A model generated the notes under the pieces. It worked only from the letters and a program-made list of their open reading frames with translations, was not told where the DNA came from and searched no databases. Below, in pieces: positions 10,086 through 19,446 of a stretch of DNA of 64,000 nt. The stretch's first letter is position 1, and each line of letters opens with the position of its first letter. The DNA is from Candidatus Omnitrophota bacterium (GTDB taxonomy: Bacteria > Omnitrophota > Gorgyraeia > JACQQV01): positions 1,889-65,888 of the forward strand of contig JACQQV010000048.1 in the NCBI GenBank assembly GCA_016206785.1, given 5' to 3'. The position numbers and the translations under genes are program-made.

Positions 10086-11026
10086 AAAATCCACTCCGCT
10101 CAAAGCGGCGCATGAAAAAGATGATTCAGATTTTTTCGGAAGGGACAGGACTCCAAGCCGTCGCACGGCGCTTCGTCCACCCTCGATACCCCTTGCGGAT
10201 CCTTCTCTATCACAGCATTTCGGATACGTGGGAGGACGATTTAAGCGTTCCCGTAGAAGCCTTCAGGGAACAGATGGCGTATCTCGCCGATCATTATCAC
10301 GTCATCCCGCTTGAGGAAGCGTGCCGAAGGTTAGAGGAGGGGGATCCTTTTTCGGAAAAGACGGTGGTCATGACCTTCGACGACGGCTACAGGGATAATT
10401 TTGATCGGGCGTATCCGATTCTCGAAAAATTCCGTCTTCCGGCCACCATTTTTCTTTTGATCGGTGGCATTGGGACAGAAAAAAGGTGGCCGCCGGATGC
10501 GGGGGAACCTCACGGGCCGTTGGATCATGAACTCCTCAGCTGGGAGGAGGTGCAACAGATGCAGCGGGGGGGTCTTGTCACGTTCGGGAGCCACACGATG
10601 AGTCATGCGCTTTTTTCTGATCTTTCACCCCAACAAGCGAGAGAGGAGATCTCCACATCGAAACGCCTTCTCGAGGAAAAACTTGGAAAGGGATTGTACG
10701 CCTTCACTTATCCATTCGGCACCGCTCTTGAGGCGACCGATTCGGTCAAACATCTGGTACGCGAATCCGGATTCTACTGCGCCTGTACCGCGATGATCGG
10801 CGGAAACGGAAAAGGGAGTGATCTTTTTGCCCTCCGCAGAACACCGATCGAGTGGAGTGACGGCATGGATTTATTCAAAAAAAAATTGGAAGGTGCGCTG
10901 GATCTTCTTGCATTCAAAGATTCTCGGTTCGGACAGACCCTCAAAGGGTGGGTAGGACCTTTCTTCGGGATCCGGACGTTCCGGCAACGGAGAGAGAAAC
11001 TTCTGCAGCAAGAAAAGGGGAAATAA
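10082..11026 (+). CDS. Polysaccharide deacetylase (NodB homology domain; ArnD-like deformylase possible)
   Basis: The motifs 'VMTFDDGYRDNFDRAYPILEKFRLPATIFL' and 'SHTMSH' were seen. Confidence 0.8.
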   Translation: MKNPLRSKRRMKKMIQIFSEGTGLQAVARRFVHPRYPLRILLYHSISDTWEDDLSVPVEAFREQMAYLADHYHVIPLEEACRRLEEGDPFSEKTVVMTFDDGYRDNFDRAYPILEKFRLPATIFLLIGGIGTEKRWPPDAGEPHGPLDHELLSWEEVQQMQRGGLVTFGSHTMSHALFSDLSPQQAREEISTSKRLLEEKLGKGLYAFTYPFGTALEATDSVKHLVRESGFYCACTAMIGGNGKGSDLFALRRTPIEWSDGMDLFKKKLEGALDLLAFKDSRFGQTLKGWVGPFFGIRTFRQRREKLLQQEKGK

Positions 11027-11029
11027 GAA

Positions 11030-11815
11030 ATGTCTTTCGGAAACGTTGTGAAGAAACTCTTTTATGCCTTCGGATTTACAATCCGTCGCAGCAAGATCAG
11101 CAGGACAATGTTAAAAGAAGTCCTCGATCATGTTCAAAAATTTCCGTTCAAACCAAAGACCGTCATCGATATCGGCGTCGGTTACGGAACCCCTGTCCTC
11201 TATGAGGCTTTCAAGGAGGCGACATTTCTCTTGATAGAGCCCCTCAAGGAATATGAGGATGTTCTTCAAAAAATCGTCCGCCGGTATCAGGGAAGCTATG
11301 TTCTCGCAGCAGCAGGGAAGAAAAGAGGGAATGTCATCCTTCATGTTCATCCTGTCTTGAGCAGTTCCTCCCTTTACGAGGAGTCGGAGGGCCGCCAGGC
11401 GGACGGATCTCCCCGGGAAGTCCCGATGGTCACGCTGGACGAGCTCTGCAGCGAGAAAAAACTTTCCGGGCCTTATCTTGTCAAAATAGATACGCAGGGA
11501 GGAGAACTGGATGTCCTGGAGGGGGCAAGGGGCATCCTGAAGGAAACAGAAGTTGTTCTCCTTGAGGTTTCTCTTCTCCCGCTATTTAAAAATGGGCCCC
11601 AACTGTATGATGTGGTCTCTGCGATGAAGAGATGGGGATTTGTTGTCTATGATGTTTTTAACACGCACCACCGTCCCCTCGACCATGCCCTTGCCCAGGT
11701 CGATATGGCCTTTGTCAGGGAAGATGGTCTCTTCAGAAAAACTCCTTATTATGCAACAGAGGCACAACGCGAAACGTTCAACCTTAAAAAAGAGCACTTT
11801 CACTCTGTGGAGTAA
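11030..11815 (+). CDS. FkbM-family methyltransferase
   Basis: The motifs 'VIDIGVGYGTP', 'IDTQGGELDVLEGA' and 'VLLEV' were seen. Confidence 0.75.
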   Translation: MSFGNVVKKLFYAFGFTIRRSKISRTMLKEVLDHVQKFPFKPKTVIDIGVGYGTPVLYEAFKEATFLLIEPLKEYEDVLQKIVRRYQGSYVLAAAGKKRGNVILHVHPVLSSSSLYEESEGRQADGSPREVPMVTLDELCSEKKLSGPYLVKIDTQGGELDVLEGARGILKETEVVLLEVSLLPLFKNGPQLYDVVSAMKRWGFVVYDVFNTHHRPLDHALAQVDMAFVREDGLFRKTPYYATEAQRETFNLKKEHFHSVE

Positions 11816-11819
11816 GTGA

Positions 11820-13760
11820 ATGCGCATTATCCTGTTGACCCGGATGGACCGTCTTTCAGGGGCGAGGATCGCTCAGGAGATGATCCGGGCAGGTCAACCT
11901 CCCGTCGCGGTGGTCGTCGAGAAAACGCTCTCCTTCGGCCCGACCACCTTCCGGGTGATTTCCGAGGCGATCCGGATCCACGGAGTTTCCAAAGTCGCGG
12001 TAAAGGGATGGAAAATGGCCCGGACGAGGGCAAGAGGTCTTTTTCGGAAATGTTTCCCCAGCTTTGTTCATCCTCCCCACCTTTACGATGCAATTCAGGA
12101 CGTGCTCCGGGATCATCCTCTTCCCTATTTTTCGACGGAAGATCTCAACAGTCCAGCCTCTCTTAAGTTTATCCGAGAAAGACAACCGGATCTTCTGGTT
12201 GTCGCCAATACCGGCCTTTTGAAGAAACCGCTATTGGAAATTCCTCCCAAAGGGAGCCTCAATCTTCACTTGGGTCTTTTGCCGAAATACCGAGGCCTTG
12301 ACTCGATGGAATGGGCCCTTTCCCGTAGAGAGGAGGAGGTCGGTGTCACGATCCATTTTGTCGATGAGAAGATCGATCATGGCCCGATCCTTCTCCAGAA
12401 GTCATTCAAGGTAGATCCGAAGGAGTCGGTGGAAGCATTAACCGAACAGGCGATCCAGATCGGTTCGCATCTTATGGTCGAGGCGATCTCTCTTTTGGCG
12501 GAAGGAAAAGCGAAGTCGATCCCGCAGGATGAAGCGAAGGCGAGTTACTTTTCCCGTTTCCCGCGTAAGGCGCGAAGAGAACTTGGAAAGAGAATTTCTC
12601 AGAAAGTAAAAGTCCTTCATGTGATCACCCGGCTCGATCGGGGAGGCTCTTCGGAAAATACGCTTCTCACCCTTTTGAGGTTGGACCCTTCACGCTATGA
12701 ACTGTCCCTCATTTATGGAAAGACGACGGAGTTCCCTGAAGAAAGGATGAATGAGGCGCGAAAAGCGGGCATCCTATTGCTTCCCCTTAAAGAGATGATC
12801 CGCTCCATTCATCCATGGAAAGACCTCATCGCGTTTTGGAAGCTTTACCGATGGATGCGGAAGGGCGGTTATGATCTTGTGCACACCCATACTTCCAAAG
12901 CAGGAATTCTTGGGAGGTTCGCCGCAAAATATGCGGGCGTGCCGAGAATTGTGCATACCCCCCACGGTCATGTCTTCTACGGGTATTTTAGCCCCATGGT
13001 CCATCGGGGGATTATTTGGATCGAACGTTTTGCAGGGTTTTTTACAGATCGTCTCGTGACGCTGACCCAGCGTGGGAAAGAAGAACACCTCCGGTACAAA
13101 ATTTTACCTGAACATCGGATCACCTGGGCCTACAGCGGAATCGATCTTGAGGCCTTTCGCCGCGGAGATGGGAAAGAAGACGCTTTTCCCTCGCCGGAAA
13201 AAGGGCCATGCGTGGGGATGATCGGGCGACTCGCACCGATCAAAGGGCACCTCTACTTCCTTCAGGCGCTTCCGTCCGTCATCCGAGAGATTCCGGAGTT
13301 AAAGGCACTTCTCGTCGGGGATGGTCCTTTGCGGCAGGAATTGGAGAAAGCATGTTCTACTCTTGGAATCCAACATCATGTCCTTTTTCTGGGCGAACAG
13401 GAAAGGATTCAGGCGATTCTGAAGAGGTGTGATGTCGTGGTCTTAAGTTCACTGAACGAGGGAATGGGACGAGTTCTTCTGGAAGCCCAGGCGATGGGAA
13501 AGCCGGTGATCGGAACCCGTGTGGGGGGGATTCCGGAAGTCATTCAGGAAGGGAAAACAGGGTATCTCGTGCCACCCAAAGATCCGCAGGCCCTTGCAGA
13601 AAAACTTCTTTTATTGTTGAAAGATCCTGAAAAAGGAAGAAAAATGGGTGAAGCGGCAAGGATTTGGGTGGACGAGACTTTCAGCGTTCAGGAGATGGTG
13701 AGGCGGATCGATGCCGTTTATCAGGAACTCCTCAAGGAGAAACCAATTTCCCGTGGTTAA
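11820..13760 (+). CDS. Fusion protein: N-terminal formyltransferase domain (Fmt/ArnA-N/WbkC-like) plus C-terminal GT4 glycosyltransferase
   Basis: The N-terminal domain has 'NLHLGLLPKYRGLDSMEWAL..GVTIHFVDEKIDHGPI' (HxSLLPxxRG formyltransferase core). The C-terminal domain has 'EGMGRVLLEAQAMGKPVIGTRVGGIPE' (GT4). Confidence 0.75.
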   Translation: MRIILLTRMDRLSGARIAQEMIRAGQPPVAVVVEKTLSFGPTTFRVISEAIRIHGVSKVAVKGWKMARTRARGLFRKCFPSFVHPPHLYDAIQDVLRDHPLPYFSTEDLNSPASLKFIRERQPDLLVVANTGLLKKPLLEIPPKGSLNLHLGLLPKYRGLDSMEWALSRREEEVGVTIHFVDEKIDHGPILLQKSFKVDPKESVEALTEQAIQIGSHLMVEAISLLAEGKAKSIPQDEAKASYFSRFPRKARRELGKRISQKVKVLHVITRLDRGGSSENTLLTLLRLDPSRYELSLIYGKTTEFPEERMNEARKAGILLLPLKEMIRSIHPWKDLIAFWKLYRWMRKGGYDLVHTHTSKAGILGRFAAKYAGVPRIVHTPHGHVFYGYFSPMVHRGIIWIERFAGFFTDRLVTLTQRGKEEHLRYKILPEHRITWAYSGIDLEAFRRGDGKEDAFPSPEKGPCVGMIGRLAPIKGHLYFLQALPSVIREIPELKALLVGDGPLRQELEKACSTLGIQHHVLFLGEQERIQAILKRCDVVVLSSLNEGMGRVLLEAQAMGKPVIGTRVGGIPEVIQEGKTGYLVPPKDPQALAEKLLLLLKDPEKGRKMGEAARIWVDETFSVQEMVRRIDAVYQELLKEKPISRG

Positions 13761-15201
13761 GAAAACCGCTTTTCTCTGCGGCGTTTTTTTCTTCGCCTTT
13801 TTTGTTGCCGCTCGTGCAGACTCCCTCTCTTCTCACAAACGGGTGGAGGCGGCTTTTCATTTCCATTCCACCTATAGTTTTTTAGGGGAAACCTCTATCG
13901 AGGAGATCGCCACCCTTGCCGCACAACGGGGAATGGATGCCATCTTTTTGACGGATGATGCACTTGTCAAGATCACGTACGGTGTTCCGCCGTTTCGAAA
14001 CATTTTTCGGGTCACTTTCGAGAAAAATTCCATCTATCATCTGGGGCTCTGGCGGTATCTCGATGAGATCGCGAAGGTACAAAAGAAGGTGCCATCCGTC
14101 CTTCTTTTTCCGGGGATGGAAGTCTCCGCCTTCCACTATTGGCAGGGATTTCCTCCGCGGGGAGCCACGGTCCGCGACTGGAACAAGCATATGATCGTTT
14201 TCGGATTCAGGAAAGAAGACGATTTCCGTCACCTTCCTATTCTCGGGAATGGTCTCGCCTTTTACCGTCCATTTGATCTTCGGGATCTTTGGAGACTTTG
14301 GGGAATCGTACCGGTTCTTTTCGGTATCTTGATGATCCGTATGCCGTTTTCTTCTTGGCGCAAAGGAGGATTTGTAGTCATAGGGATCGGTCTTCTGGGA
14401 CTCTTGGATCAATTTCCGTTTCGTTCCCCCATTGCAGACCCCTACAGCGGGAAGACGGCTGTCAAACCGTATCAGGCGGTGATCGATTATACGAATGCCC
14501 ATGGAGGATCCGTTTTCTGGGCCCACCCTGAGGCAGCATTAATTCCTCACAAGAGCGGCCCGGTTTCCCTTTTAACCGATCCCTATCCGGAGATGCTCCT
14601 CCGGACGCATGACTATACCGGTTTTTCCGTTTTTTATGAAGGATGGGATATTCTGGCGCAGCCGGGCGGGCCGTGGGATCAGGTGCTCCTGGAGTACTGC
14701 CGAGGGATTCGGCACAAACCCGCTTGGGCGATCGGGGAGCTCGATTTTCAGAAAGAGGGAAGGGCGGACGTCTGGATCGGAAATGTGAAGACGGTCCTCT
14801 TCGTGGAGGAGAAAACGCCTTCGGCGATGCTTGAGGCGATCCGTCTCGGAAGGATGTATGCCGTGCGTCGCTCTCCGGAGGCGGAACTTCGGCTCGATCA
14901 TTTTGAGGCGATCGATGCGGAAGGAAATCCGCTTGCGGAGATGGGGATGGATGTCATGATTCCACCTCCCATTCGGATTCATCTCGGAATTTCCCGATCC
15001 GACGGGAAGGAGGGGACCATTCGGTATCGTCTGGTTCGGAATGGGGAAGTCCTCAAAGAGGGAAACGTGGCACTCCCTTTCGAGGTGACTATCGAGGAGG
15101 AAATTCCGATCGGTCAAAAGTCTTATTACAGATTGATGGTGGAAGGGGATCAGGGAAACTTCCTTATCACCAATCCGATCTTTGTGACGGGGAAGCGATG
15201 A
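13711..15201 (+). CDS. Secreted or membrane PHP-like domain protein (CpsB-type phosphoesterase-like) with internal hydrophobic segments
   Basis: The signal-like N-terminus is 'KKTAFLCGVFFFAFFVAARA'. The PHP-like 'FHFHSTYSF...GMDAIFLTDD' follows. A GTG at 13753 is an alternative start. Confidence 0.5.
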   Translation: MPFIRNSSRRNQFPVVKKTAFLCGVFFFAFFVAARADSLSSHKRVEAAFHFHSTYSFLGETSIEEIATLAAQRGMDAIFLTDDALVKITYGVPPFRNIFRVTFEKNSIYHLGLWRYLDEIAKVQKKVPSVLLFPGMEVSAFHYWQGFPPRGATVRDWNKHMIVFGFRKEDDFRHLPILGNGLAFYRPFDLRDLWRLWGIVPVLFGILMIRMPFSSWRKGGFVVIGIGLLGLLDQFPFRSPIADPYSGKTAVKPYQAVIDYTNAHGGSVFWAHPEAALIPHKSGPVSLLTDPYPEMLLRTHDYTGFSVFYEGWDILAQPGGPWDQVLLEYCRGIRHKPAWAIGELDFQKEGRADVWIGNVKTVLFVEEKTPSAMLEAIRLGRMYAVRRSPEAELRLDHFEAIDAEGNPLAEMGMDVMIPPPIRIHLGISRSDGKEGTIRYRLVRNGEVLKEGNVALPFEVTIEEEIPIGQKSYYRLMVEGDQGNFLITNPIFVTGKR

Positions 15202-15896
15202 CCTTTTCAGCGCACCAACCTCAGTATCTCCCCTGGATCGGCTATTTTGACAAGATCGCCAAAAGCGATCAGTTCGTTTTCTTGGATCATGTGCAGTATA
15301 AGAAAAGGGAATTTCAGAATCGAAACAAGATTCGTACACCTCGAGGAGCCCTTTGGCTCACCGTTCCCGTGATCACGAAAGGCCGTTACATGCAGCTCCT
15401 CAAGGAGGTTCAAATCGATAACTCTGTCGATTGGCCGAAAGACCATTGGGCCTCTCTCAAGACCAATTATACCAAGGCCCCTTTTTTTAAAACCTATGCC
15501 CCTTTTTTTCAGGAGACGTACGGACGGAAATGGGAGTCTCTTTCCGAACTCAATATCCATCTCATCCGGTTCCTCCTCAAATGCTTTGGCATTGCCACAC
15601 CTCTTCTCATGGAATCCCACATCGGGACGGAGACACTTTCCACGGACCGATTGATTGAACTGGCCAAAAAACTCAACGCGACCACCTATCTTTCGGGGAG
15701 TGGAGGAAAAGAATACCTGGAGGAAGGGAAATTTGAAAAAGCCAACATCCGTTTGATGTACCAAACATTTCATCACCCGACGTATCCCCAACTCTTTATG
15801 AAATCACCGACCGACTTTCTTCCTCATCTTTCTGCAGCCGATCTCTTGTTCAACAAAGGGGGGGAGGCGAAGGAGTTTTTCATTGGGCGATCTTGA
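15198..15896 (+). CDS. WbqC-family protein (O-antigen/glycan cluster-associated)
   Basis: The N-terminus 'MTFSAHQPQYLPWIGYFDKIAKSDQFVFLDHVQY' is typical of WbqC. The start makes an ATGA overlap. Confidence 0.75.
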   Translation: MTFSAHQPQYLPWIGYFDKIAKSDQFVFLDHVQYKKREFQNRNKIRTPRGALWLTVPVITKGRYMQLLKEVQIDNSVDWPKDHWASLKTNYTKAPFFKTYAPFFQETYGRKWESLSELNIHLIRFLLKCFGIATPLLMESHIGTETLSTDRLIELAKKLNATTYLSGSGGKEYLEEGKFEKANIRLMYQTFHHPTYPQLFMKSPTDFLPHLSAADLLFNKGGEAKEFFIGRS

Positions 15897-16797
15897 AGTT
15901 TTGGATCGTTGCAATCTTTGCGGATCCGGCGACGCGGAGAAGATTTTGACCCTGCACGGCTCGAAAAGATCCCTTGAACGGTGCAGACGATGTTCACTCG
16001 TTTTTTTTAGCCTTGAAGACCGGAAGAGATTGATGGCGTATTACCAAAAACGGGACGTTTCTGCAGAAATCCATTCCACGTATCAGGAAAGTTATTCTCA
16101 TTTTTTTGAGCGTTTTTTCCACGGTCGGCGACTTTCACCGGGACGGCTTCTGGATGTCGGATGCGGACCGGGACTTTTTCTCTCCCTGGCAAGGCAAAAA
16201 GGGTGGGAGGTCCAAGGCGTTGACCCGAGCCGTACGTCGGTTGAGATGGCGCGCTCGGTCTACGGTCTTCCCATCCAGGAGGGAAGGATCGAGGAGATCT
16301 CTTTCCCGGATGAAAGTTTCGACATGGTGACCTTCTGGAATGTGCTGGATGCCTTGTCCGATCCGAAGGGTGTCCTTCGGAAGACGTACCGGTTTTTGAA
16401 AAAAGGAGGAATCCTTTTTGCCAGGGTGATCAACGTCCGTTTTCACTTAGGCCTCTATCGTCTCTGGGAATCGATGGCCCCGAAGAAAGGGAATCGCCCT
16501 CCTCCCGTCATTTTTCATGTTCACAATTTTTCCGAATCGACCCTGCGACAGATGCTCAAGCAGAGCGGATTTGAAAAAATCAAAGTGAGAAACTCTCTTC
16601 CCACTCCTGGCGATCCCTATGGGGACTCTCTCCGTTTTTCAAAAAAGGGGGTCCAACTTCAGAAAATAGTGGTTCACGGGGTTTCGGAAGCCCTTTTTTA
16701 CGGGACATTGGGCCAATTCTGTTTCGGAAGCTCCCTCTTTGCAGAGGCCCGCAGGGGGGCTAACATTTTTGATGAAAAAGTATGGGAGGTCGTGTAA
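15883..16797 (+). CDS. Class I SAM-dependent methyltransferase with N-terminal zinc ribbon (third paralog)
   Basis: The sequence 'CNLCGS..CRRCS', 'LLDVGCGPGLF' and 'LKKGGILF' was seen. The start is TTG. Confidence 0.7.
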   Translation: MGDLEVLDRCNLCGSGDAEKILTLHGSKRSLERCRRCSLVFFSLEDRKRLMAYYQKRDVSAEIHSTYQESYSHFFERFFHGRRLSPGRLLDVGCGPGLFLSLARQKGWEVQGVDPSRTSVEMARSVYGLPIQEGRIEEISFPDESFDMVTFWNVLDALSDPKGVLRKTYRFLKKGGILFARVINVRFHLGLYRLWESMAPKKGNRPPPVIFHVHNFSESTLRQMLKQSGFEKIKVRNSLPTPGDPYGDSLRFSKKGVQLQKIVVHGVSEALFYGTLGQFCFGSSLFAEARRGANIFDEKVWEVV

Positions 16798-16808
16798 AAT
16801 AAAGAGAT

Positions 16809-17624
16809 ATGTATAACGCATACTGGGGCCTTGAGGAAAAACCTTTTGAGAACACCCCCGACCCCCGATTTATTTTTTACACCCCTCAGCATGAAGAAGG
16901 GCTTTCCCGCCTCCTCTATGCGGTTCGGGAAGAAAAGGGGGCCGCCCTTCTCACCGGTCTTTTCGGATGCGGGAAGACCCTCTTGGGTCGTGTTCTCTTT
17001 AAAGAGTTGGAAAAGGATATTTACCGAGTCGCTTTTATCACCAATCCTCAGATGGAATACATTGAACTGGTGATGGCCATTGCGATAGCCCTCGGCGCAC
17101 GAGACCTTCCCACGCGTCGCTCCGATGTCCTCGCCAATGTCGTCCTCCAAGTGCTTCAGCAAACCCTCCAAGACAATGCCCGTGATGGAAAAAAGACCGT
17201 GGTCATCATTGACGAGTCCCACATTATCGAAGACAAGCATGTTTGGGAGGGGTTAAGGCTTCTTCTTAATTTTCAGGCGGATGATAAATTTCTCATGACC
17301 CTCATTCTCTTGGGGCAACCGGAACTGAAGGAAAAGATCGAAAGTTTTAAACAGTTTTCCCAGCGGATCGCCATCCGTTGCCATGTCAGTTCCTTAAGCG
17401 AAGAGGAAAGCAAATCCTATGTGGTCCATCGGCTGAAGATCGCAGGACGAGAGATCCCGCTTTTTACACCGGAGGCCTTGCGTTTTATTTATGGGAAATC
17501 AGGAGGGATTCCGCGGCGGATCAACAGCATCTGTGATCTGGCGCTTCTTTCCGGTTTCGGAAAAAGTTCCAAGGAAATTGATCTCGCCACACTTCAGGAA
17601 GTGGTACGGGACATCGAAGGATAA
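16809..17624 (+). CDS. ExeA/GspA/MshM-family AAA+ ATPase
   Basis: The N-terminus 'YWGLEEKPFENTPDPRFIF' is the ExeA signature. The Walker A is 'GLFGCGKT'. The Walker B is 'VVIIDESH'. Confidence 0.8.
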   Translation: MYNAYWGLEEKPFENTPDPRFIFYTPQHEEGLSRLLYAVREEKGAALLTGLFGCGKTLLGRVLFKELEKDIYRVAFITNPQMEYIELVMAIAIALGARDLPTRRSDVLANVVLQVLQQTLQDNARDGKKTVVIIDESHIIEDKHVWEGLRLLLNFQADDKFLMTLILLGQPELKEKIESFKQFSQRIAIRCHVSSLSEEESKSYVVHRLKIAGREIPLFTPEALRFIYGKSGGIPRRINSICDLALLSGFGKSSKEIDLATLQEVVRDIEG

Positions 17625-17634
17625 AGGAGGACTC

Positions 17635-18270
17635 ATGAATATTCTTGCCATTGGGGCGCATCCGGATGACATTGAATACGGATGCGGAGGGGCGATTGCC
17701 AAATATAGCCGCTTGGGACATCAGGTCTATCTACTCATCATGACAAAAGGGGAGATCGGGGTTGGCGGAAAAGGATCCATTCGCCAGAACGAGCAGGTCC
17801 GGTCCTCTAAAATCCTGCGGGCCCAAAAGGTCTTCTGGGGAGGGTATAAAGACACGCAGATCTCCCTTGGGAAAGAGCTCATCACCCGAATTGAAAAGAC
17901 GGTTAAAGCGGTCAATCCCACCTTTATCTTTGTGAACTATTTGGACGATACCCATCAGGACCATCGGGCGGTCGCGCAGGCAACGAACACAGCGACCCGA
18001 TACACGAAGAACGTCCTTTTCTATGAAGTGCCGAGCACGCAGAACTTTAACCCCTCCGTTTTTATCGATATCCAGGGGGTGCTCAATCTGAAACTCGCAG
18101 CCCTTGAGGCCCACGCCTCCCAGGTCACCGCGACAAAGATCAAGGATCTCACCATTTTGGACAGTGCCCGCTCAAACGCGATCTTCCGGGGCATTCAGGG
18201 GAGGGTGAAATATGCCGAGGCCTTTGTCCCTTCACGCCTCTTCATCGCGATCGGGAAAAATTCCTTATGA
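17635..18270 (+). CDS. PIG-L/LmbE-family N-acetylglucosaminyl deacetylase
   Basis: The N-terminus 'MNILAIGAHPDDIEYGCGG' and 'HQDH' were seen. The RBS AAAGGAGG lies 5 nt upstream. Confidence 0.8.
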   Translation: MNILAIGAHPDDIEYGCGGAIAKYSRLGHQVYLLIMTKGEIGVGGKGSIRQNEQVRSSKILRAQKVFWGGYKDTQISLGKELITRIEKTVKAVNPTFIFVNYLDDTHQDHRAVAQATNTATRYTKNVLFYEVPSTQNFNPSVFIDIQGVLNLKLAALEAHASQVTATKIKDLTILDSARSNAIFRGIQGRVKYAEAFVPSRLFIAIGKNSL

Positions 18271-19400
18271 AAGACTTTACTCTTTTTGTTGCCGCAATCC
18301 TTTTCGGCCTTATCTTGACTCCCTTGGCAAGAAAGGCCGCCGTTCGTTATAAAATTTTAGATTATCCCGAGTCGAGAAAGATGCACGAAAGACCGACGCC
18401 CCTTTTGGGAGGGGTGGCCATTTATCTCGCTTTTCTATTTACCCTCGGCTATCTGGCCTTGACCTCTTCCTTCGCGCACACACGACCCTTCCTGGGAGTT
18501 CTTCTTGGCGCAACACTCATTTTGGTTGTGAGCCTTTTCGACGATATCCGAGAGCTCTCCACCTTCACACGGCTTCTTTTTCAGTTTTTGGGAAGTTTCA
18601 TCATGATCCTCTTCGGCGTCAAAGTCTCTTTTTTGCCTCCTGGCATTTGGGGGGATATCGGTGAAATCGTGATTACCTTTTTATGGGTGATCGGGATCAC
18701 CAATGCCATGAACTTCTTGGACGGTTTGGATGGCTTGGCCTGTGGCTTAAGTATCATTGCAGGAATCTTTTTCTATGTGGTCGGAAAGGAGCTCCATCAA
18801 CTTTACTTTGCAGGGTTAGTATTGGCCCTCGCCGGTGTCTGTTTGGGATTTCTGCCTTATAATTTTCCCGTTCCTTTTCTTTATTTAAAAAGAGCACTGA
18901 AGGGGGGCCAAAAGAGTTCCCGTCCGCTGGGAGGAGATCGGGCACGGATCTTTTTGGGAGATTGCGGGGCCACCTTTCTGGGGTCCTTTTATGCGGGGAT
19001 TTCGGTCATGGGGGATCTGGCCACCCACAATGTCATCGCCTTGTCGGTTCCCATTCTTCTTTTGGGCATTCCGATTTTTGACACCACCTTCATTACCATC
19101 ATGCGCATCCGGGAAAGAAAGATCTCGGATCTTACAGGGTGGCTCGCCTATGCCGGGAAGGATCATTTTCACCATCGCCTTGTGGATCTCGGATTTTCGA
19201 ACGGTGGAGCGGTCTTTTTTATCTATTGCGTGGCCATTGTGTTAGGGATCGATGCGATCCTCATTCAAAACATGGATCCTTTCGGTGCCCTACTCGTTCT
19301 TTTAAAAGTGGCGCTTCTTTTTATTCTGATTGCTCTGCTCATGGTGACGGGGAGACGTACAGCGATAGAAGAGGAAAAGAAACAGAGAAAAACTCTTTGA
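18267..19400 (+). CDS. Polyprenol-phosphate sugar-1-phosphate transferase (GT4 MraY/WecA family)
   Basis: The motif 'ITNAMNFLDGLDGLA' and about 10 transmembrane segments were seen. Confidence 0.8.
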   Translation: MKDFTLFVAAILFGLILTPLARKAAVRYKILDYPESRKMHERPTPLLGGVAIYLAFLFTLGYLALTSSFAHTRPFLGVLLGATLILVVSLFDDIRELSTFTRLLFQFLGSFIMILFGVKVSFLPPGIWGDIGEIVITFLWVIGITNAMNFLDGLDGLACGLSIIAGIFFYVVGKELHQLYFAGLVLALAGVCLGFLPYNFPVPFLYLKRALKGGQKSSRPLGGDRARIFLGDCGATFLGSFYAGISVMGDLATHNVIALSVPILLLGIPIFDTTFITIMRIRERKISDLTGWLAYAGKDHFHHRLVDLGFSNGGAVFFIYCVAIVLGIDAILIQNMDPFGALLVLLKVALLFILIALLMVTGRRTAIEEEKKQRKTL

Positions 19401-19425
19401 CAAAAGCGAGATTTTATGGTAACTT
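19397..19425 (+). promoter_or_regulatory. Candidate sigma70 promoter (TTGACA-17-TAACTT) upstream of the HD-domain gene
   Basis: The hexamers were seen in the sequence with a 17-bp spacer. Confidence 0.3.
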
Positions 19426-19446
19426 GTAGTTTTATATGGAGTTAGG

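Noticed and set aside
16809-17624. Interpreting the ExeA-like ATPase as evidence for a type II secretion system
   Set aside because: There are no GspC/D/G-L-type T2SS components in context. The neighbourhood (MshE-like ATPases, pilins, PilMNOPQ) fits an MSHA-like type IV pilus, where an ExeA-like protein (MshM) is expected.
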